A DNA stretch of 64,000 bases. It comes from Roseibacillus sp. Its GTDB lineage: Bacteria > Verrucomicrobiota > Verrucomicrobiia > Verrucomicrobiales > Akkermansiaceae. Both the position numbers and the translations under genes were made by a program. The DNA lies in contig JBPOGI010000008.1 in NCBI GenBank assembly GCA_051251855.1, forward strand, positions 23,250 through 87,249. Reading direction: 5' to 3'. Positions 22,061 to 32,968 of this stretch are shown here, one piece after another. A model generated the notes under the pieces. That model had not been told where the DNA came from and ran no database searches. It was given only the letters and a program-made list of their open reading frames with translations. Every line of letters begins with the position of its first letter. Position 1 is the stretch's first letter.

Positions 22061-23343
22061 TTTCTTCCCACCTTCTCAACACCGTCCAGCTTGGCATCAA
22101 GAGCCTCCTGCTGCACAAGCTGCGCTCGGGCCTCACCATGCTGGGGATCATCTTCGGGGTTTGCTCCGTCATCGCGATGCTCGCGATCGGAGAAGGCGCT
22201 TCCTTCGAAGCGCAAGAACGCATCAAGCGCCTCGGCAGCGAGAACATCATCGTCAACAGCATCAAGCCACCCGAGGACAACCAACAAAACTCCAGCGGCA
22301 AATCCTTCTCCGTCGAATACGGCATCACCAACAAGGACGTCACTCGAATTCAAGACACCATTCCTGGGGTTGAGAGGGTTGTTCCCCTGCGCATCATTCG
22401 CGAAAACATCCGCTTCGACCGCAATCAAGAAGCCGGTCAAATCATCGGCACCCTCCCCTCCTACGCTCTCGTTCAAAATGTCGACGTCGTCGCCGGCCGC
22501 TTTCTCAGCGACACCGACCAACGCTTCGAGCGCAACGTTTGCATCATCACCCAAAGCCTCGTCCGCAAACTCTTCCCCTACCAAGACCCGCTGAAGTCCA
22601 CCGTCCGCGTCAAAGATGGCTACTACGAAGTCGTGGGCGTCATCGATGAAACCGGCACCTCCGAGCAACGCCCCCAAATGGGCGACAGCCAGGGCAAGGC
22701 CGTCGACAACAACATCTACATCCCTCTTTCTACCGCCCGCTCTCGCTTCGGAGAATTACTCATCAAGCGCACCTCCGGAAATACCAGCGCCGAGCGCGTC
22801 GAGCTCCACCGTCTCATCATCCGCATGAGCAGTCCCAAGACCGTCATCTCTGGAGAAAGGCAAATCCAACATCTCTTCAACCACTTCCACGAGAAGAAAG
22901 ACTTCGAGCTCATCGTCCCCCTCCAGCTCCTGCGCGAAGCCGAGGCCACCAAGCGCATGTTCAACATCGTCCTCGGCTCCATCGCCGCCATCTCCCTCCT
23001 CGTGGGTGGCATCGGCATCATGAACATCATGCTCGCCACCGTCACCGAGCGCACCCGCGAAATCGGGGTCCGCCGTGCCCTGGGAGCCAAACGGAAGGAC
23101 ATCATCGTGCAATTCCTCATCGAAACCATCGTCCTCTCCATCGGCGGTGGCCTCATCGGAGTCCTCCTCGGCATCCTCGTCCCGGTTTGCGTCTCCTACT
23201 TCACCGACATGAAGACCATCATCACTCCTTGGTCCGTCTTCCTCGCCTTTAGCATCTCGGGCCTCACCGGCATCATCTTCGGCATCTACCCCGCCTCCCA
23301 AGCCGCCAAACTCGACCCCATCGACGCCCTCCGTCAGGAGTAG
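22057..23343 (+). CDS. ABC transporter permease (MacB/FtsX-like)
   Basis: LTMLGIIFG, LLVGGIGIMNIML..VTERTREIG.R.ALGA, YPA.QAAKLDPIDALR. Confidence 0.95.
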   Translation: MISSHLLNTVQLGIKSLLLHKLRSGLTMLGIIFGVCSVIAMLAIGEGASFEAQERIKRLGSENIIVNSIKPPEDNQQNSSGKSFSVEYGITNKDVTRIQDTIPGVERVVPLRIIRENIRFDRNQEAGQIIGTLPSYALVQNVDVVAGRFLSDTDQRFERNVCIITQSLVRKLFPYQDPLKSTVRVKDGYYEVVGVIDETGTSEQRPQMGDSQGKAVDNNIYIPLSTARSRFGELLIKRTSGNTSAERVELHRLIIRMSSPKTVISGERQIQHLFNHFHEKKDFELIVPLQLLREAEATKRMFNIVLGSIAAISLLVGGIGIMNIMLATVTERTREIGVRRALGAKRKDIIVQFLIETIVLSIGGGLIGVLLGILVPVCVSYFTDMKTIITPWSVFLAFSISGLTGIIFGIYPASQAAKLDPIDALRQE

Positions 23344-23406
23344 GAGGCAAACTATTCCGGAATCCCCTTGCACTTACAGGCATCAACACACACCACCTCA
23401 ACCACC

Positions 23407-23697
23407 ATGCCAGAGAAAACAACGCCCTCCTCTTTCGGATTTCCAAAATCCACCCCAAAAAGTCTACAAGCGGAAATCGAGAAGCTCATTCCCAAAGAGC
23501 AACACGAACAAGCCATTGTCATCCTGCGCGATAATGAGAAGCAAAGCCTCCGCGACGTTCTCTCCACCAAGCCTTACAGCCTCGGTCCCAACATGATCGC
23601 GATGCTGATGAAGAACTACTACTCCCACGGCTGCGACCCCGCCACCATTTTGGACAAAGCGAGCCAGCTCGCCGCCCTCACCCAGCCAAAAAAATAG
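23407..23697 (+). CDS. Small hypothetical protein (96 aa)
   Basis: Host-like codon usage; its 3' end is duplicated downstream. Confidence 0.7.
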   Translation: MPEKTTPSSFGFPKSTPKSLQAEIEKLIPKEQHEQAIVILRDNEKQSLRDVLSTKPYSLGPNMIAMLMKNYYSHGCDPATILDKASQLAALTQPKK

Positions 23698-24049
23698 TCC
23701 TGCCAACAACGCCCGGCTCGGGCCCGGAATCGAGATAAATGGAAGCCCGAGAGGGTCAGCCCGCACGTCCGAACACTCGTCTTGCCTACGTTCCCCTCCT
23801 CTCAAAGGCCCACTTTGCTGACTGAGCCTCTCATGCAAATCCCCCTGTTCTGGGAATTTTCAAACTCTCAGCCCAACTTTAGGCTTGATGAAGCTCATTC
23901 CCCCCAGTTTGGTTAGCTAGGTAAAATGTAGGGAACGGAGTTCTCTCCTCTTTCTTGATCCTTCTCCGGTCCTCACAAAAAAGGTTTCTGAGAAAATGAG
24001 GGGAAAATGGAAATTTCCTAGCAATGAAACATTACAACAAGCACTCCCA

Positions 24050-25519
24050 ATGAAATCTCCAAGACATCTTCTCTGTCCAACACTTCTCATTTTCTCCGCC
24101 TTACCCTCCCTAGGCGGCACCGTAACCAACAACAGCGCCACTGACCCGGGTTCTTTAAGATCGACTATCGCGAGCGCAGTCTCTGGGGAGACGATCGATT
24201 TTGCACCGAATCTAGATGGTGAAACGATTACCCTCGAAGGGCAGATTTCCATCACCAAAGACCTCATCATCGACGCATCGAGCCTACCGAATGGCATCAC
24301 TATCGACGGCAACGGCGCAGTCACCGAGCAACGCGTCTTTATCCTACCGAGCGCAGGTACTGAAACTACATTTCGGGGACTCACTATCACTGGAGGATCG
24401 GAGACATTCGGGGGAGCGATACAGGTTAGTCAAAGTACTTTAAAGCTCTACGACTGCACCCTCACCGGAAACACTTCTGACTTCATCGGTGGCGCCATCT
24501 ATGTCGTTAATCGCCGTTCGAAGACCTCTCCTGCCAGGCTTGAAATGTATAACTGCAGCCTATTCGCAAACTATGCAGAGGACCGCGGCGGAGCCATATT
24601 CCTCAACGGCTCTGACGGAGGAACGGTTTCAGGACTTTTCGAATCATGCACCTTTGCCGAGAATCGCGCCGACGATCGTGGAGGCGCGATCATTTCTTCG
24701 GGTCCTGGGACCGACGCTGAGGCTAGCTTAATCCTCCGCTCCTGCACCATCTCGAATAATCAAGGCGGGCGCAACGGCGGAGGCGGCGTAGTCAGCGATG
24801 GTCGCTTCGAAGGGAATTCGGTGCTCGAACTGGACAATACAATCATTGCCGGAAACACGGCGCCATTTGGCATCGACCTTCAAGAACGTAGTACTTCAAA
24901 CGGAGCGACTTTCCTGACTCTGACGGGAGTGAATTTGATTTCCGATCTCGGTGGCAACAGCATCGTCTCTGGGACCGTGTTAGAGGGACTGCCCGGACTC
25001 GCGCCCCTCGGCAACTACGGCGGCAAGACACCAACCATGCCTCCCCTACTCGCTTCACTCGCCATTGATCCAACCGGAGGCATCACCACCGATCCCGGCG
25101 GAACCGACCAGCGCGGGTTCTCACGTTTTGTGAATGGCACCGTGGACATCGGCGCCTCCGAATTTCAAGGCGCCGCCCAAGAGCTCAATATCGGCTTCTT
25201 CGGTGATCACGACGGTGACGGCACCCCGACCGGACTTGAGCAAGCAGTCGGATCGGATCCTCTCGTCGTTGACCTCGCTCATCCCAACAAACTCATGATC
25301 ATGGGAGTCGACGCCAGCGGCCAAGCTACTTTATCCTTTGGATACGAAGACCAGACGATTGGTCTTAACCTCCTTCGCTCCACGAATCTCGAGAGCTTTG
25401 TGCCACTGATCACCGGAGTTGCCGCACCTGCACCAGGTATGCTGATCGAGATCAACGATCCAAACCCAGCGACAGGTGGAAAGGCCTTCTACAAACTCGA
25501 GGCCGTCCCACTTAACTAG
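24050..25519 (+). CDS. Secreted beta-helix (Pmp-like GGAI repeats) / choice-of-anchor Q-type protein
   Basis: Signal peptide, GSLRSTI, repeated GGAI, LGNYGG.TPT, DQRGF.R...DIGA.E, shared C-terminal module. Confidence 0.85.
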   Translation: MKSPRHLLCPTLLIFSALPSLGGTVTNNSATDPGSLRSTIASAVSGETIDFAPNLDGETITLEGQISITKDLIIDASSLPNGITIDGNGAVTEQRVFILPSAGTETTFRGLTITGGSETFGGAIQVSQSTLKLYDCTLTGNTSDFIGGAIYVVNRRSKTSPARLEMYNCSLFANYAEDRGGAIFLNGSDGGTVSGLFESCTFAENRADDRGGAIISSGPGTDAEASLILRSCTISNNQGGRNGGGGVVSDGRFEGNSVLELDNTIIAGNTAPFGIDLQERSTSNGATFLTLTGVNLISDLGGNSIVSGTVLEGLPGLAPLGNYGGKTPTMPPLLASLAIDPTGGITTDPGGTDQRGFSRFVNGTVDIGASEFQGAAQELNIGFFGDHDGDGTPTGLEQAVGSDPLVVDLAHPNKLMIMGVDASGQATLSFGYEDQTIGLNLLRSTNLESFVPLITGVAAPAPGMLIEINDPNPATGGKAFYKLEAVPLN

Positions 25520-25659
25520 TGGCCCACGACACTAAGACATTACCCCTCATCGACGATAAGAGCGAAGTCAATAGAAGACGAAACCGATACCTCAGATTGT
25601 CTCGGAAACTCTTGTGGAGCCTCCGTGACAATCTCTCCACAAAATCTTAACAGCTCGAG

Positions 25660-25759
25660 CGCGATGCTGATGAAGGATGGATCCTCCCACGGATAAGACC
25701 CCGCCACGATTCTGGAGAAAGCGAGCCAGCTCGCCGCACTCATCCAAGACAAGAAGTAA
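25660..25759 (+). pseudogene. Decayed duplicate of the 3' 100 nt of the 23407-23697 gene
   Basis: 79/100 identical, ungapped, to 23598-23697; internal TGC>TAA stop. Confidence 0.9.
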
Positions 25760-25763
25760 TCTC

Positions 25764-25814
25764 AGGCATCGACCTCACCCAATTCGCATCGCCTGCGAAG
25801 GTGATGGTTACGAA
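25764..25814 (+). repeat. Second decayed copy of acnB 3' end
   Basis: GIDLTQFASPAKVMVT vs GIDLTKFAPPVNEMVA; first 24 nt are 23/24 identical to 11641-11664. Confidence 0.8.
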
Positions 25815-25847
25815 CTCACAGAGAAACCTAATCATATTCCAACTTTT

Positions 25848-25881
25848 AAAAGCCGCCCCTGTCCGAAGTGGGCGGTTTTTT
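25848..25881. terminator. Intrinsic terminator, probably bidirectional
   Basis: AAAAGCCGCCC-loop-GGGCGGTTTTTT, 3' of the carbonic anhydrase gene and of the acnB remnant. Confidence 0.75.
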
Positions 25882-25910
25882 CGAAAACCGGACCAGAGAC
25901 TCTCACGCTC

Positions 25911-26492
25911 TCAGCCCGCTTTTCCCGCGGCAGTGGCAGCAGGCACTTCGTTGAGCTTGCCTGTCTTGCAATCGTAGATGTAACCGTAAATCGGAATATC
26001 GTTTGGAACCAACGGGCTATTGCGAATGCGCTGAACATCTTCCACGACACTTTTTTCCTGGTCGGTGAAGGTCAGCCACTGAATGAACTTCCCTTCAACT
26101 GAGCCTGGGCCATCGCCACTGTCTTGCCAACCGGAAGCGTCGACGCTGGAGGTCTTCAAGCTGCTGGCGAGGAGGTCACCCATGATCTGGTTGTCGAAGG
26201 TCAGCATCCCACAATCGGTGTGGTGGATGACGAACCACTCTTTCGTTCCGAGTAGCTTGTAGGAAATCACCAACGAGCGGATGGCATCGTCGCTCGCGCG
26301 TCCGCCGGCATTGCGAATGACATGAGCGTCGCCTTCAGCAAGGCCTGCATACTTCGCCGGATCGAGCCGTGCGTCCATGCAGGTCAAGATTGCGAAATGC
26401 CTCCCGGGAGGCATCGGTAGCTCACCCTTACTTCCAAACTCGGCAACATAAGTCGCATTAGCAGCCAACACCTCATCATGAATCTTGCTCAT
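25911..26492 (-). CDS. Beta-class carbonic anhydrase (clade D-like)
   Basis: TCMDAR, RNAGG, HHTDCGM zinc ligands. Confidence 0.95.
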   Translation of the reverse strand: MSKIHDEVLAANATYVAEFGSKGELPMPPGRHFAILTCMDARLDPAKYAGLAEGDAHVIRNAGGRASDDAIRSLVISYKLLGTKEWFVIHHTDCGMLTFDNQIMGDLLASSLKTSSVDASGWQDSGDGPGSVEGKFIQWLTFTDQEKSVVEDVQRIRNSPLVPNDIPIYGYIYDCKTGKLNEVPAATAAGKAG

Positions 26493-26573
26493 TTCGAAAG
26501 GCTATCGGAAGCGGACAGGGAGACACCAGCCAAAAAACCAAAGAGATTTACCTCTCAAGTATCTCCCCAAAAC

Positions 26574-28043
26574 CTACTTCAGAGGCACCGCGTTGGCAGG
26601 GACATACTGTGAGGCGTCGCGCTTCTTTTTGACTGCCCAAGCTTCATCAGAAATCTTGGTGCGCCTTTTTGCACGATGGCTGAGCGGCCAATTGGGGTCT
26701 TCTTGGTGAGCATCTTCAAAAATAGTTTTCGCCTTCGCGACCAACTCGGGACTTTCCTTCGCGAGGTCATTCTTCTCACCCGCATCCTTGGAGAGGTCAA
26801 AAATTTCAATCGGCTTCTTGAAGCCATTCTTTACCGCTTTCCAGTCCTCCCAGCGCGCAGCCTGATAAGCCCCGGCGCCTTCCTTGTCTTCATGGAGCTC
26901 CCAGTAGAAGTAGTCACGTTCAGGTGCCGCTCCTCCCTTGAGAAAAGAAGCGAGTGAGAGTCCATCGGTTTGATAGCCTTCCGGTTCCTCCACCCCAGCC
27001 AGTTCAACAAAGGTCGGCATCAGGTCCCAAAAGGCCCAAGGCTCGTCACTCACTCGGCCCGCTGGCACCACTCCAGGCCACCAAGCAAAGGCCGCTTGCC
27101 TCAACGCTCCTTCATACATCCCTCGCTTATAACCGCGCATCCCATTGGCGTCTTGCTGAAAGAGCTTCCCAATCTCGGACTTGGGATTGAAGGAAGAACC
27201 ATTGTCGCCCGCAAAAACGATGAGAGTATTCTTATCTTTGCCCAACTCCTTGAGTAAGTCCACCAGCTCTCCAACATCGCGATCAATGCGAGTCACCTGA
27301 GCGGCGTAAGACTTTTGTCGGTCACTCCAAGGCTTATCCTGATAGATCCCAAAGTCATCAATCTCATGAGGACCGTGAGGCAGCGTGATGGCGTAAAAGA
27401 GGAAGAAGGGATTCTTCTTTTGCTCGCGAACCCACTCTAACATCTCCTTTTGAACGAGGGCTTGAGAATAGGTCTCCCCCACCCCTTTGCCTGTATTTCC
27501 AGGAAGTTTGATCGGAACATCGTCATCCCACAGATAGGTAGGAAAGTAGGAATGCGCATGTCGCTGACAATTGTAACCATAGAAGCGGTCCATCCCCTGT
27601 TTGAAAGGACTGCCCTCACCATCAAAAAAGCCCATGCCCCATTTTCCAAAAGTCGCGGTGGCGTAACCACCCGCTTTGGCCACTTCCCCAATAGTCAAGG
27701 TCTCCGCTGGCACGGGAAGCTGTCCTTCGGGCGGCAGTTCATAGTTCCCACGGATAGCGCAGTGACCAGAGTGCTTCCCCGTGAAGAATGAAGCTCGGCT
27801 CGGAGCACAGACTGTAGTTCCGCAATACGCCTGCAGGTAGCGGGTACCTTCTTGACATAGGGCATCCAGCCGTGGGGTTTGAATCAGCTCCTGACCGTAG
27901 ATGCCGAGGTCTCCCTGCGCGACATCATCACTCAGGATGAAGACAAAGTTAGGCCGCTCCGCTCCGAAAAGAGAAGAAGTGAAAGAAAAAGCGATCCCAC
28001 TGAATATGCCCAGCAGGACGAGAAGAGTTGGCAAACAACGCAT
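26574..28043 (-). CDS. Arylsulfatase-family sulfatase (Cys-type)
   Basis: Signal peptide, [30 protein letters not shown]. Confidence 0.95.
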   Translation of the reverse strand: MRCLPTLLVLLGIFSGIAFSFTSSLFGAERPNFVFILSDDVAQGDLGIYGQELIQTPRLDALCQEGTRYLQAYCGTTVCAPSRASFFTGKHSGHCAIRGNYELPPEGQLPVPAETLTIGEVAKAGGYATATFGKWGMGFFDGEGSPFKQGMDRFYGYNCQRHAHSYFPTYLWDDDVPIKLPGNTGKGVGETYSQALVQKEMLEWVREQKKNPFFLFYAITLPHGPHEIDDFGIYQDKPWSDRQKSYAAQVTRIDRDVGELVDLLKELGKDKNTLIVFAGDNGSSFNPKSEIGKLFQQDANGMRGYKRGMYEGALRQAAFAWWPGVVPAGRVSDEPWAFWDLMPTFVELAGVEEPEGYQTDGLSLASFLKGGAAPERDYFYWELHEDKEGAGAYQAARWEDWKAVKNGFKKPIEIFDLSKDAGEKNDLAKESPELVAKAKTIFEDAHQEDPNWPLSHRAKRRTKISDEAWAVKKKRDASQYVPANAVPLK

Positions 28044-28232
28044 CCCGTAAGCTAGATCTTCTACGAGCCAATAACAATCCCGACCTCAGCTAAAATCTAA
28101 AAAGGAGAGACATCTAGAGCACCAGCCGGTGGCAGTTCGGCTCTCTTGAGAACGCAGAATTTTGGGAGTTTTGAATCCTCGAAAGAATGCTAGCGTTTCT
28201 TTCGTCTCAACGCCTATCTCCACAACGCTTTT

Positions 28233-30173
28233 ATGAAACACGTTCTCCTCACCATCATCTTCCTGAGCACTCTTTGCCAAGCCGATCCCGTTGAAGAATT
28301 CTCCCGCCAACCCTATATTCAGCTCGCTACCCATGATTCTATTCGGGTGCTCTGGAGGACGCGCAACGCCATTGCTCCTCAGGTTCACTTTGGTTTGAAC
28401 TTTGAGAATCTCAATCAAACCGTCCCCTCCAAGAACGTCCTCACCCGCGAACATCCTTCTCTCGAGTCCAAGAACCCCCTCTTTGAAGACTGCCCCGTCG
28501 ACACTCGCCAATTCGAAGCCACCCTTTCCGGCCTGCAACCAGACACCATCTACTACTACGCTATCTATGATGGTAAAAAACGGCTTACCCCAGTCGACCG
28601 GTCATACAGCTTTAAAACCCACCCCATCCCCGGAACAGAGGCTCCCCTTCTTTTTTCAGTCATTGGCGACTCTGGCACCGGCGGAAAAGAACAAGCCGCC
28701 GTGCACAGTGCGATGGTCAAGCACACCGAGAAAACGCAACGCCCCCTCGACCTTTTTCTCCACGTCGGAGACATGGCCTACGGCTCAGGAACCAACAAGG
28801 AATTCAGCGACCGCTTCTTCGACATGTATGCCCCCACTCTTCGCCACACCGTGTGCTGGGCTTCCATGGGCAACCACGAAGGAAAGACCTCCAAAGGCTC
28901 CACCGGCACCGGCCCTTTCTATGATGCCTACATCAACCCCACCAAGGGAGAAGCGGGCGGCCTGCCTTCCGGTCGCGAAGCCTTCTACTCCTTCGACTAC
29001 GGCCAGACCCACTTCATCTGCCTCGACTCCCACGACCTCGACCGTCGCTCCACGGGAGAAATGGCGCAATGGCTCAAAGCAGACCTCGAAAAAACAAACG
29101 CTAAATTTCTTATCAGCTTCTTCCACCATCCCCCCTATACCAAAGGATCCCATGACTCGGACAAGGAAGAGCAACTCATCGAGATGCGCGAATACATTAT
29201 GCCCATTCTCGAAAGCGGAGGCGTCGACCTCGTCTTCACCGGGCACTCTCATATCTACGAGCGCTCTATGCTCATCGACGGCGCCTATCAAACCCCCTCG
29301 GTGGCTCAAGGAGTCGTTCTCGACGACGGTGATGGCGACCCCGCGGGCGACGGTTCCTACCGCAAAAGCGAAGGACTGCAGCCGCACAACGGCCACGTCT
29401 CTATCGTCGCTGGTAACGGCGGCACAGGGCTCAAGCGTAAGGGCACCCATCCCCTCATGCGTCGCATCATTCTCGAACACGGCTGCTGCCTCATCACCAT
29501 CGAGGGCGACACCATCTTAGCTGAAATGCTGAATACCAAGGGCGAGATCAGCGATACCTTTACCATCGAAAAACGAGGCACCGTGACCCACACCATCGTC
29601 GAATCCCCTTGGGAGCATGAAGATTGGACCCCTCCAATCAAAGGAGGCAAAGCGGCTCCCCGCAACGTTACCACCTTGATCGACAAAGGGGCCTCCTGGT
29701 CGTATCTCGGAGGTTCCCACCCACCAGGCTCCCCCACTGCGTGGGCCGCTCCTAACTTTGATGACTCGGACTGGCCAACTGGCGAAGCAGGCTTTGGCTA
29801 CGGAGATCAGGACGACAAGACCGTCCTCGAGATGCGCAACAAATACACCACCCTTTACCTCCGCAGAGAATTCGAACTCCCCGAAGGACCCAATCTCAAA
29901 AATCTCGGCCTTCACATTTCCTATGACGACGCCTTCATCGCCTACCTCAACGGACACGAAGTTCTGCGACAAGGAGTCGACCACGAACAAGGAGCACAAG
30001 CGGAAGGGTTCACCATGCACGAGGCTAATCAGACCTTCGAATACTTTCCTCTCACGGGAGTGTCCCGCATCCTCAAGCCCGGTCAAAAGAACGTCCTCGC
30101 TATCGAAGGCCACAATGCCAACCTCAAGAGCTCCGACTTCACGCTGCACCCTCGCCTCCTCTTAAGGAAATGA
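28233..30173 (+). CDS. Purple-acid-phosphatase-like metallophosphoesterase with C-terminal jelly-roll domain
   Basis: GDSG, GDMAY, GNHE, HHPPY, GHSH.YER motifs; FN3-like N-terminus. Confidence 0.9.
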   Translation: MKHVLLTIIFLSTLCQADPVEEFSRQPYIQLATHDSIRVLWRTRNAIAPQVHFGLNFENLNQTVPSKNVLTREHPSLESKNPLFEDCPVDTRQFEATLSGLQPDTIYYYAIYDGKKRLTPVDRSYSFKTHPIPGTEAPLLFSVIGDSGTGGKEQAAVHSAMVKHTEKTQRPLDLFLHVGDMAYGSGTNKEFSDRFFDMYAPTLRHTVCWASMGNHEGKTSKGSTGTGPFYDAYINPTKGEAGGLPSGREAFYSFDYGQTHFICLDSHDLDRRSTGEMAQWLKADLEKTNAKFLISFFHHPPYTKGSHDSDKEEQLIEMREYIMPILESGGVDLVFTGHSHIYERSMLIDGAYQTPSVAQGVVLDDGDGDPAGDGSYRKSEGLQPHNGHVSIVAGNGGTGLKRKGTHPLMRRIILEHGCCLITIEGDTILAEMLNTKGEISDTFTIEKRGTVTHTIVESPWEHEDWTPPIKGGKAAPRNVTTLIDKGASWSYLGGSHPPGSPTAWAAPNFDDSDWPTGEAGFGYGDQDDKTVLEMRNKYTTLYLRREFELPEGPNLKNLGLHISYDDAFIAYLNGHEVLRQGVDHEQGAQAEGFTMHEANQTFEYFPLTGVSRILKPGQKNVLAIEGHNANLKSSDFTLHPRLLLRK

Positions 30174-31084
30174 AACGGCCCCTCCTCTTAGCTTTCTCAC
30201 TCTGCCTCGGCTCCGCCCAACCTTCGCTGGCCCACAGCAACCTCTCTGAACTCATCCAAGAACTCAGCAAGGAAATCAAAAGCGCACCCACTGCCGACCT
30301 TCACTATCGCCGCGCCACCGAATACCGGGCCCTCGGCGAAAGAACGCACACTCTCGAAGACCTCCGCTCCGCCCTCCACCTAGCTCCCGGACACCGTCTA
30401 GCCACCATCGCCCTCATTAAAGAACTCGGCCACAGCGACGAAGCCCTCACCCTCGCCCAAGAGCTTGCCAAAACCGCCCAGCCCCCCGCCCAAGCTGCTG
30501 AAACCAAATTCCTTCTCGCCCGCATTCATCACCTGCGTGGCAAGCAAGAGGCAGCGCTCCAAATTTGCGAGGAAGTCCAAGAGACTCATCCCGAGCACGA
30601 TTCCAACATCGACCGTCTCCACGCCCAAATCCTGCTCGACCTCAAGCGACCAGATGAAGCGGCTACCATCCTTAAAATCTCGTGGCAACGCACCAAATCC
30701 ATCGTCATTCGCAATACTTGGATCGACACTGCTCTTACCGCCGAGCAAACCGACGAAGTTTTCCCCCTCATTCAAAATGAGCTCACTTCCTCCCGCTACC
30801 AGTCCTCCTGGCTCATCCGCCGCGCACGCGCCCAACTCACGCTCGGTAAATACGATTCAGCCCGCGCCGACCTCCAAGCAGCACTGGCCGAAATCAGCAC
30901 GCGTCTTAACCCTTCGCGTCCCGACCTCACCCTCATCGCCGATCGCGGCCTCATCCACTCGCTCTTAGGGAATCCCACTCTCGCCCAAAGAGACCTCACC
31001 ACCCTCCAAAGCTCTTCCCTCCCCCCCGACTCCTACCGCCTTCTCAGAGACAGCATTGCAGGCCGAGTTCCTAAAATGCCTTAG
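30170..31084 (+). CDS. TPR-repeat protein, secreted
   Basis: Signal peptide and TPR-like helices; ATGA overlap with the phosphatase gene. Confidence 0.8.
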   Translation: MKRPLLLAFSLCLGSAQPSLAHSNLSELIQELSKEIKSAPTADLHYRRATEYRALGERTHTLEDLRSALHLAPGHRLATIALIKELGHSDEALTLAQELAKTAQPPAQAAETKFLLARIHHLRGKQEAALQICEEVQETHPEHDSNIDRLHAQILLDLKRPDEAATILKISWQRTKSIVIRNTWIDTALTAEQTDEVFPLIQNELTSSRYQSSWLIRRARAQLTLGKYDSARADLQAALAEISTRLNPSRPDLTLIADRGLIHSLLGNPTLAQRDLTTLQSSSLPPDSYRLLRDSIAGRVPKMP

Positions 31085-31192
31085 CTAGAAAAACCCAAAA
31101 TCTGAAGTAGAGATTCACCCCAAGCACAAGCCCCATCACCACGCAGGCGCCCAAAACCTCCCAACGATTTCTGACATCCTCGCTATCAGCAT
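31085..31192 (-). pseudogene. Decayed duplicate of the SSS symporter 3' end
   Basis: 31105-31169 is 59/65 identical to 32988-33052; weaker similarity extends on both sides. Confidence 0.9.
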
Positions 31193-31206
31193 CGGCTTCT
31201 TCGAAA

Positions 31207-32823
31207 TCAGTTAGAAAAAGAAACTTCGACGGTGCTAAAAATTTTGGGTGTCTCAGCAGTGTTCACCGGTTCATTGAGCGTTACTCGTTCCCACTCGGAG
31301 TCGATTGGCTCGACCATTTGAGTCGCCACTCCCTCCAGGGGCAGAAGGACATCAAAGTTGACGAAGTTAGAAATCTTCGGAGTGTAGGTGAGGTTTCCTC
31401 CTATTCGTCGCAGATATTGTATCTGCCAGTAACTTTGGTCATTCAGCGTAACGAGAGAGCTTCGTGGAAGCCCTGATATCCCGTTAGGACCTAAGGTGTG
31501 GCTGTCGGCACCAACAAGATTCATATTGAACGCGAATTTGAGAATGTTCTCGATTTTATCGTTATATGGAACCGCACTCGGGAAAGTCTCTTCTTCCAAA
31601 AGGCCAGCACTATAGACTGCAGAGGAATAGGGGGAGGTAGGGGTCGCGGCAAGCGTTACAGTTAAGGTATTCCAGTCGGAAGAGAGACTGCCAAAAGATT
31701 GGGCGTGCTCTGGTAAGACAAAGGCAGTTCTTTCTGCAGTAATATGGCTCAGGAAAGAGTCAGGGGTTGCGGAAGGGGCTTTCCCTTCGAAGTAAAAGCT
31801 TTCAAGGTTGTGGCAAAGCGCGAATGCCCTTCCTCCAATCGTGGTTATCGAGCTAGGAATGGAGACGCCAGTAAGACTATTGCACTGGTTAAAACAGGAG
31901 TATTCTAAGGAGGACATCCCGTTTCCAAGAGACAAATTAGCGAGGCTAGCACAACCGGAAAACGCATGTGATTCGATGGAAGACACGGAATCGGGAATTG
32001 AGATATCAGTGAGACTGCTACATCCTTCAAAAGCGTATTCTTCGACCACTGAAAGTCCTTCAGGCAACGATATCGCAGTGAGACTGGAGCAGTTACGGAA
32101 GGCTGAATCTCCAATGGAGGTAATACTATTTCCTAGATCAACATTGCTCAGACCTGTGCAGTCCTCAAAAGTGCCTTCCCTGAGAAGGGTTATCGAGTCT
32201 GGAATGGAAATACTGCTAAGACTACTACAACTGGCGAAAGAGTATTCTCCGATAAAGGTCACGGTTTCCGGAATCGAAAGGGATGTTAGACTTGAGCACC
32301 TTTTGAATGCGTAGTTTCCAATACCAGACAAGGATTGAGAAAGTGTGACGTTGGTAAGACGAATACAATTCCGAAAAGCAAGGTCGCTAATACTCGTAAT
32401 GTGATTGGGTAGAGTGATGCTAACGAGACCACTGCAATCGGAAAACGCTCCATACGCGATGGATTTCAGTTTCGAACCAAAGGAAACGCTGGACAGACTG
32501 GTACAACCTGAAAAAGCGAAAGTGCCAACCCCTATGACCGTATTGGAAATGGAGATGCTGGTAAGATTGACGCAGTCAGAAAACGCATTTTCTTTAATGT
32601 AGTGAACTGGGAGGTCTTCGATTGTCTCAGGAATCGCCATAGCTCCTGCGGCGCTGGTGTCACAATCAGTAATCATAATAGAGATTCCTAGGTTGGTGTA
32701 AGACAGGTCGGAGAGGTCAGCTGCGGAACCGCGCTTTGAGGAGCCCAAGACAAAAACAGCAATCGATATTAGGAGGGAAAACTTGAGGCCTTTGCAGTCC
32801 CTTCTTGCAGTAGGATTTATCAT
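31207..32823 (-). CDS. BspA/LRR_5 leucine-rich-repeat surface protein
   Basis: Repeated AFxxCxxLxxIxIPxxxxxI units; signal peptide; C-terminal module. Confidence 0.92.
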   Translation of the reverse strand: MINPTARRDCKGLKFSLLISIAVFVLGSSKRGSAADLSDLSYTNLGISIMITDCDTSAAGAMAIPETIEDLPVHYIKENAFSDCVNLTSISISNTVIGVGTFAFSGCTSLSSVSFGSKLKSIAYGAFSDCSGLVSITLPNHITSISDLAFRNCIRLTNVTLSQSLSGIGNYAFKRCSSLTSLSIPETVTFIGEYSFASCSSLSSISIPDSITLLREGTFEDCTGLSNVDLGNSITSIGDSAFRNCSSLTAISLPEGLSVVEEYAFEGCSSLTDISIPDSVSSIESHAFSGCASLANLSLGNGMSSLEYSCFNQCNSLTGVSIPSSITTIGGRAFALCHNLESFYFEGKAPSATPDSFLSHITAERTAFVLPEHAQSFGSLSSDWNTLTVTLAATPTSPYSSAVYSAGLLEEETFPSAVPYNDKIENILKFAFNMNLVGADSHTLGPNGISGLPRSSLVTLNDQSYWQIQYLRRIGGNLTYTPKISNFVNFDVLLPLEGVATQMVEPIDSEWERVTLNEPVNTAETPKIFSTVEVSFSN

Positions 32824-32968
32824 ATTGATGAAGCAAACGAACAGAGATATTCTTATAGCCAGTAGAGAGGCTATGAAAGATTTTTAAGCAGTCGAAGGAA
32901 ATCGAGTTTGCCTGCCTGAACATGGCCCCTTTTCAGTCCTTCCTTCTCGCACTCAGAAGAGCACCCCC

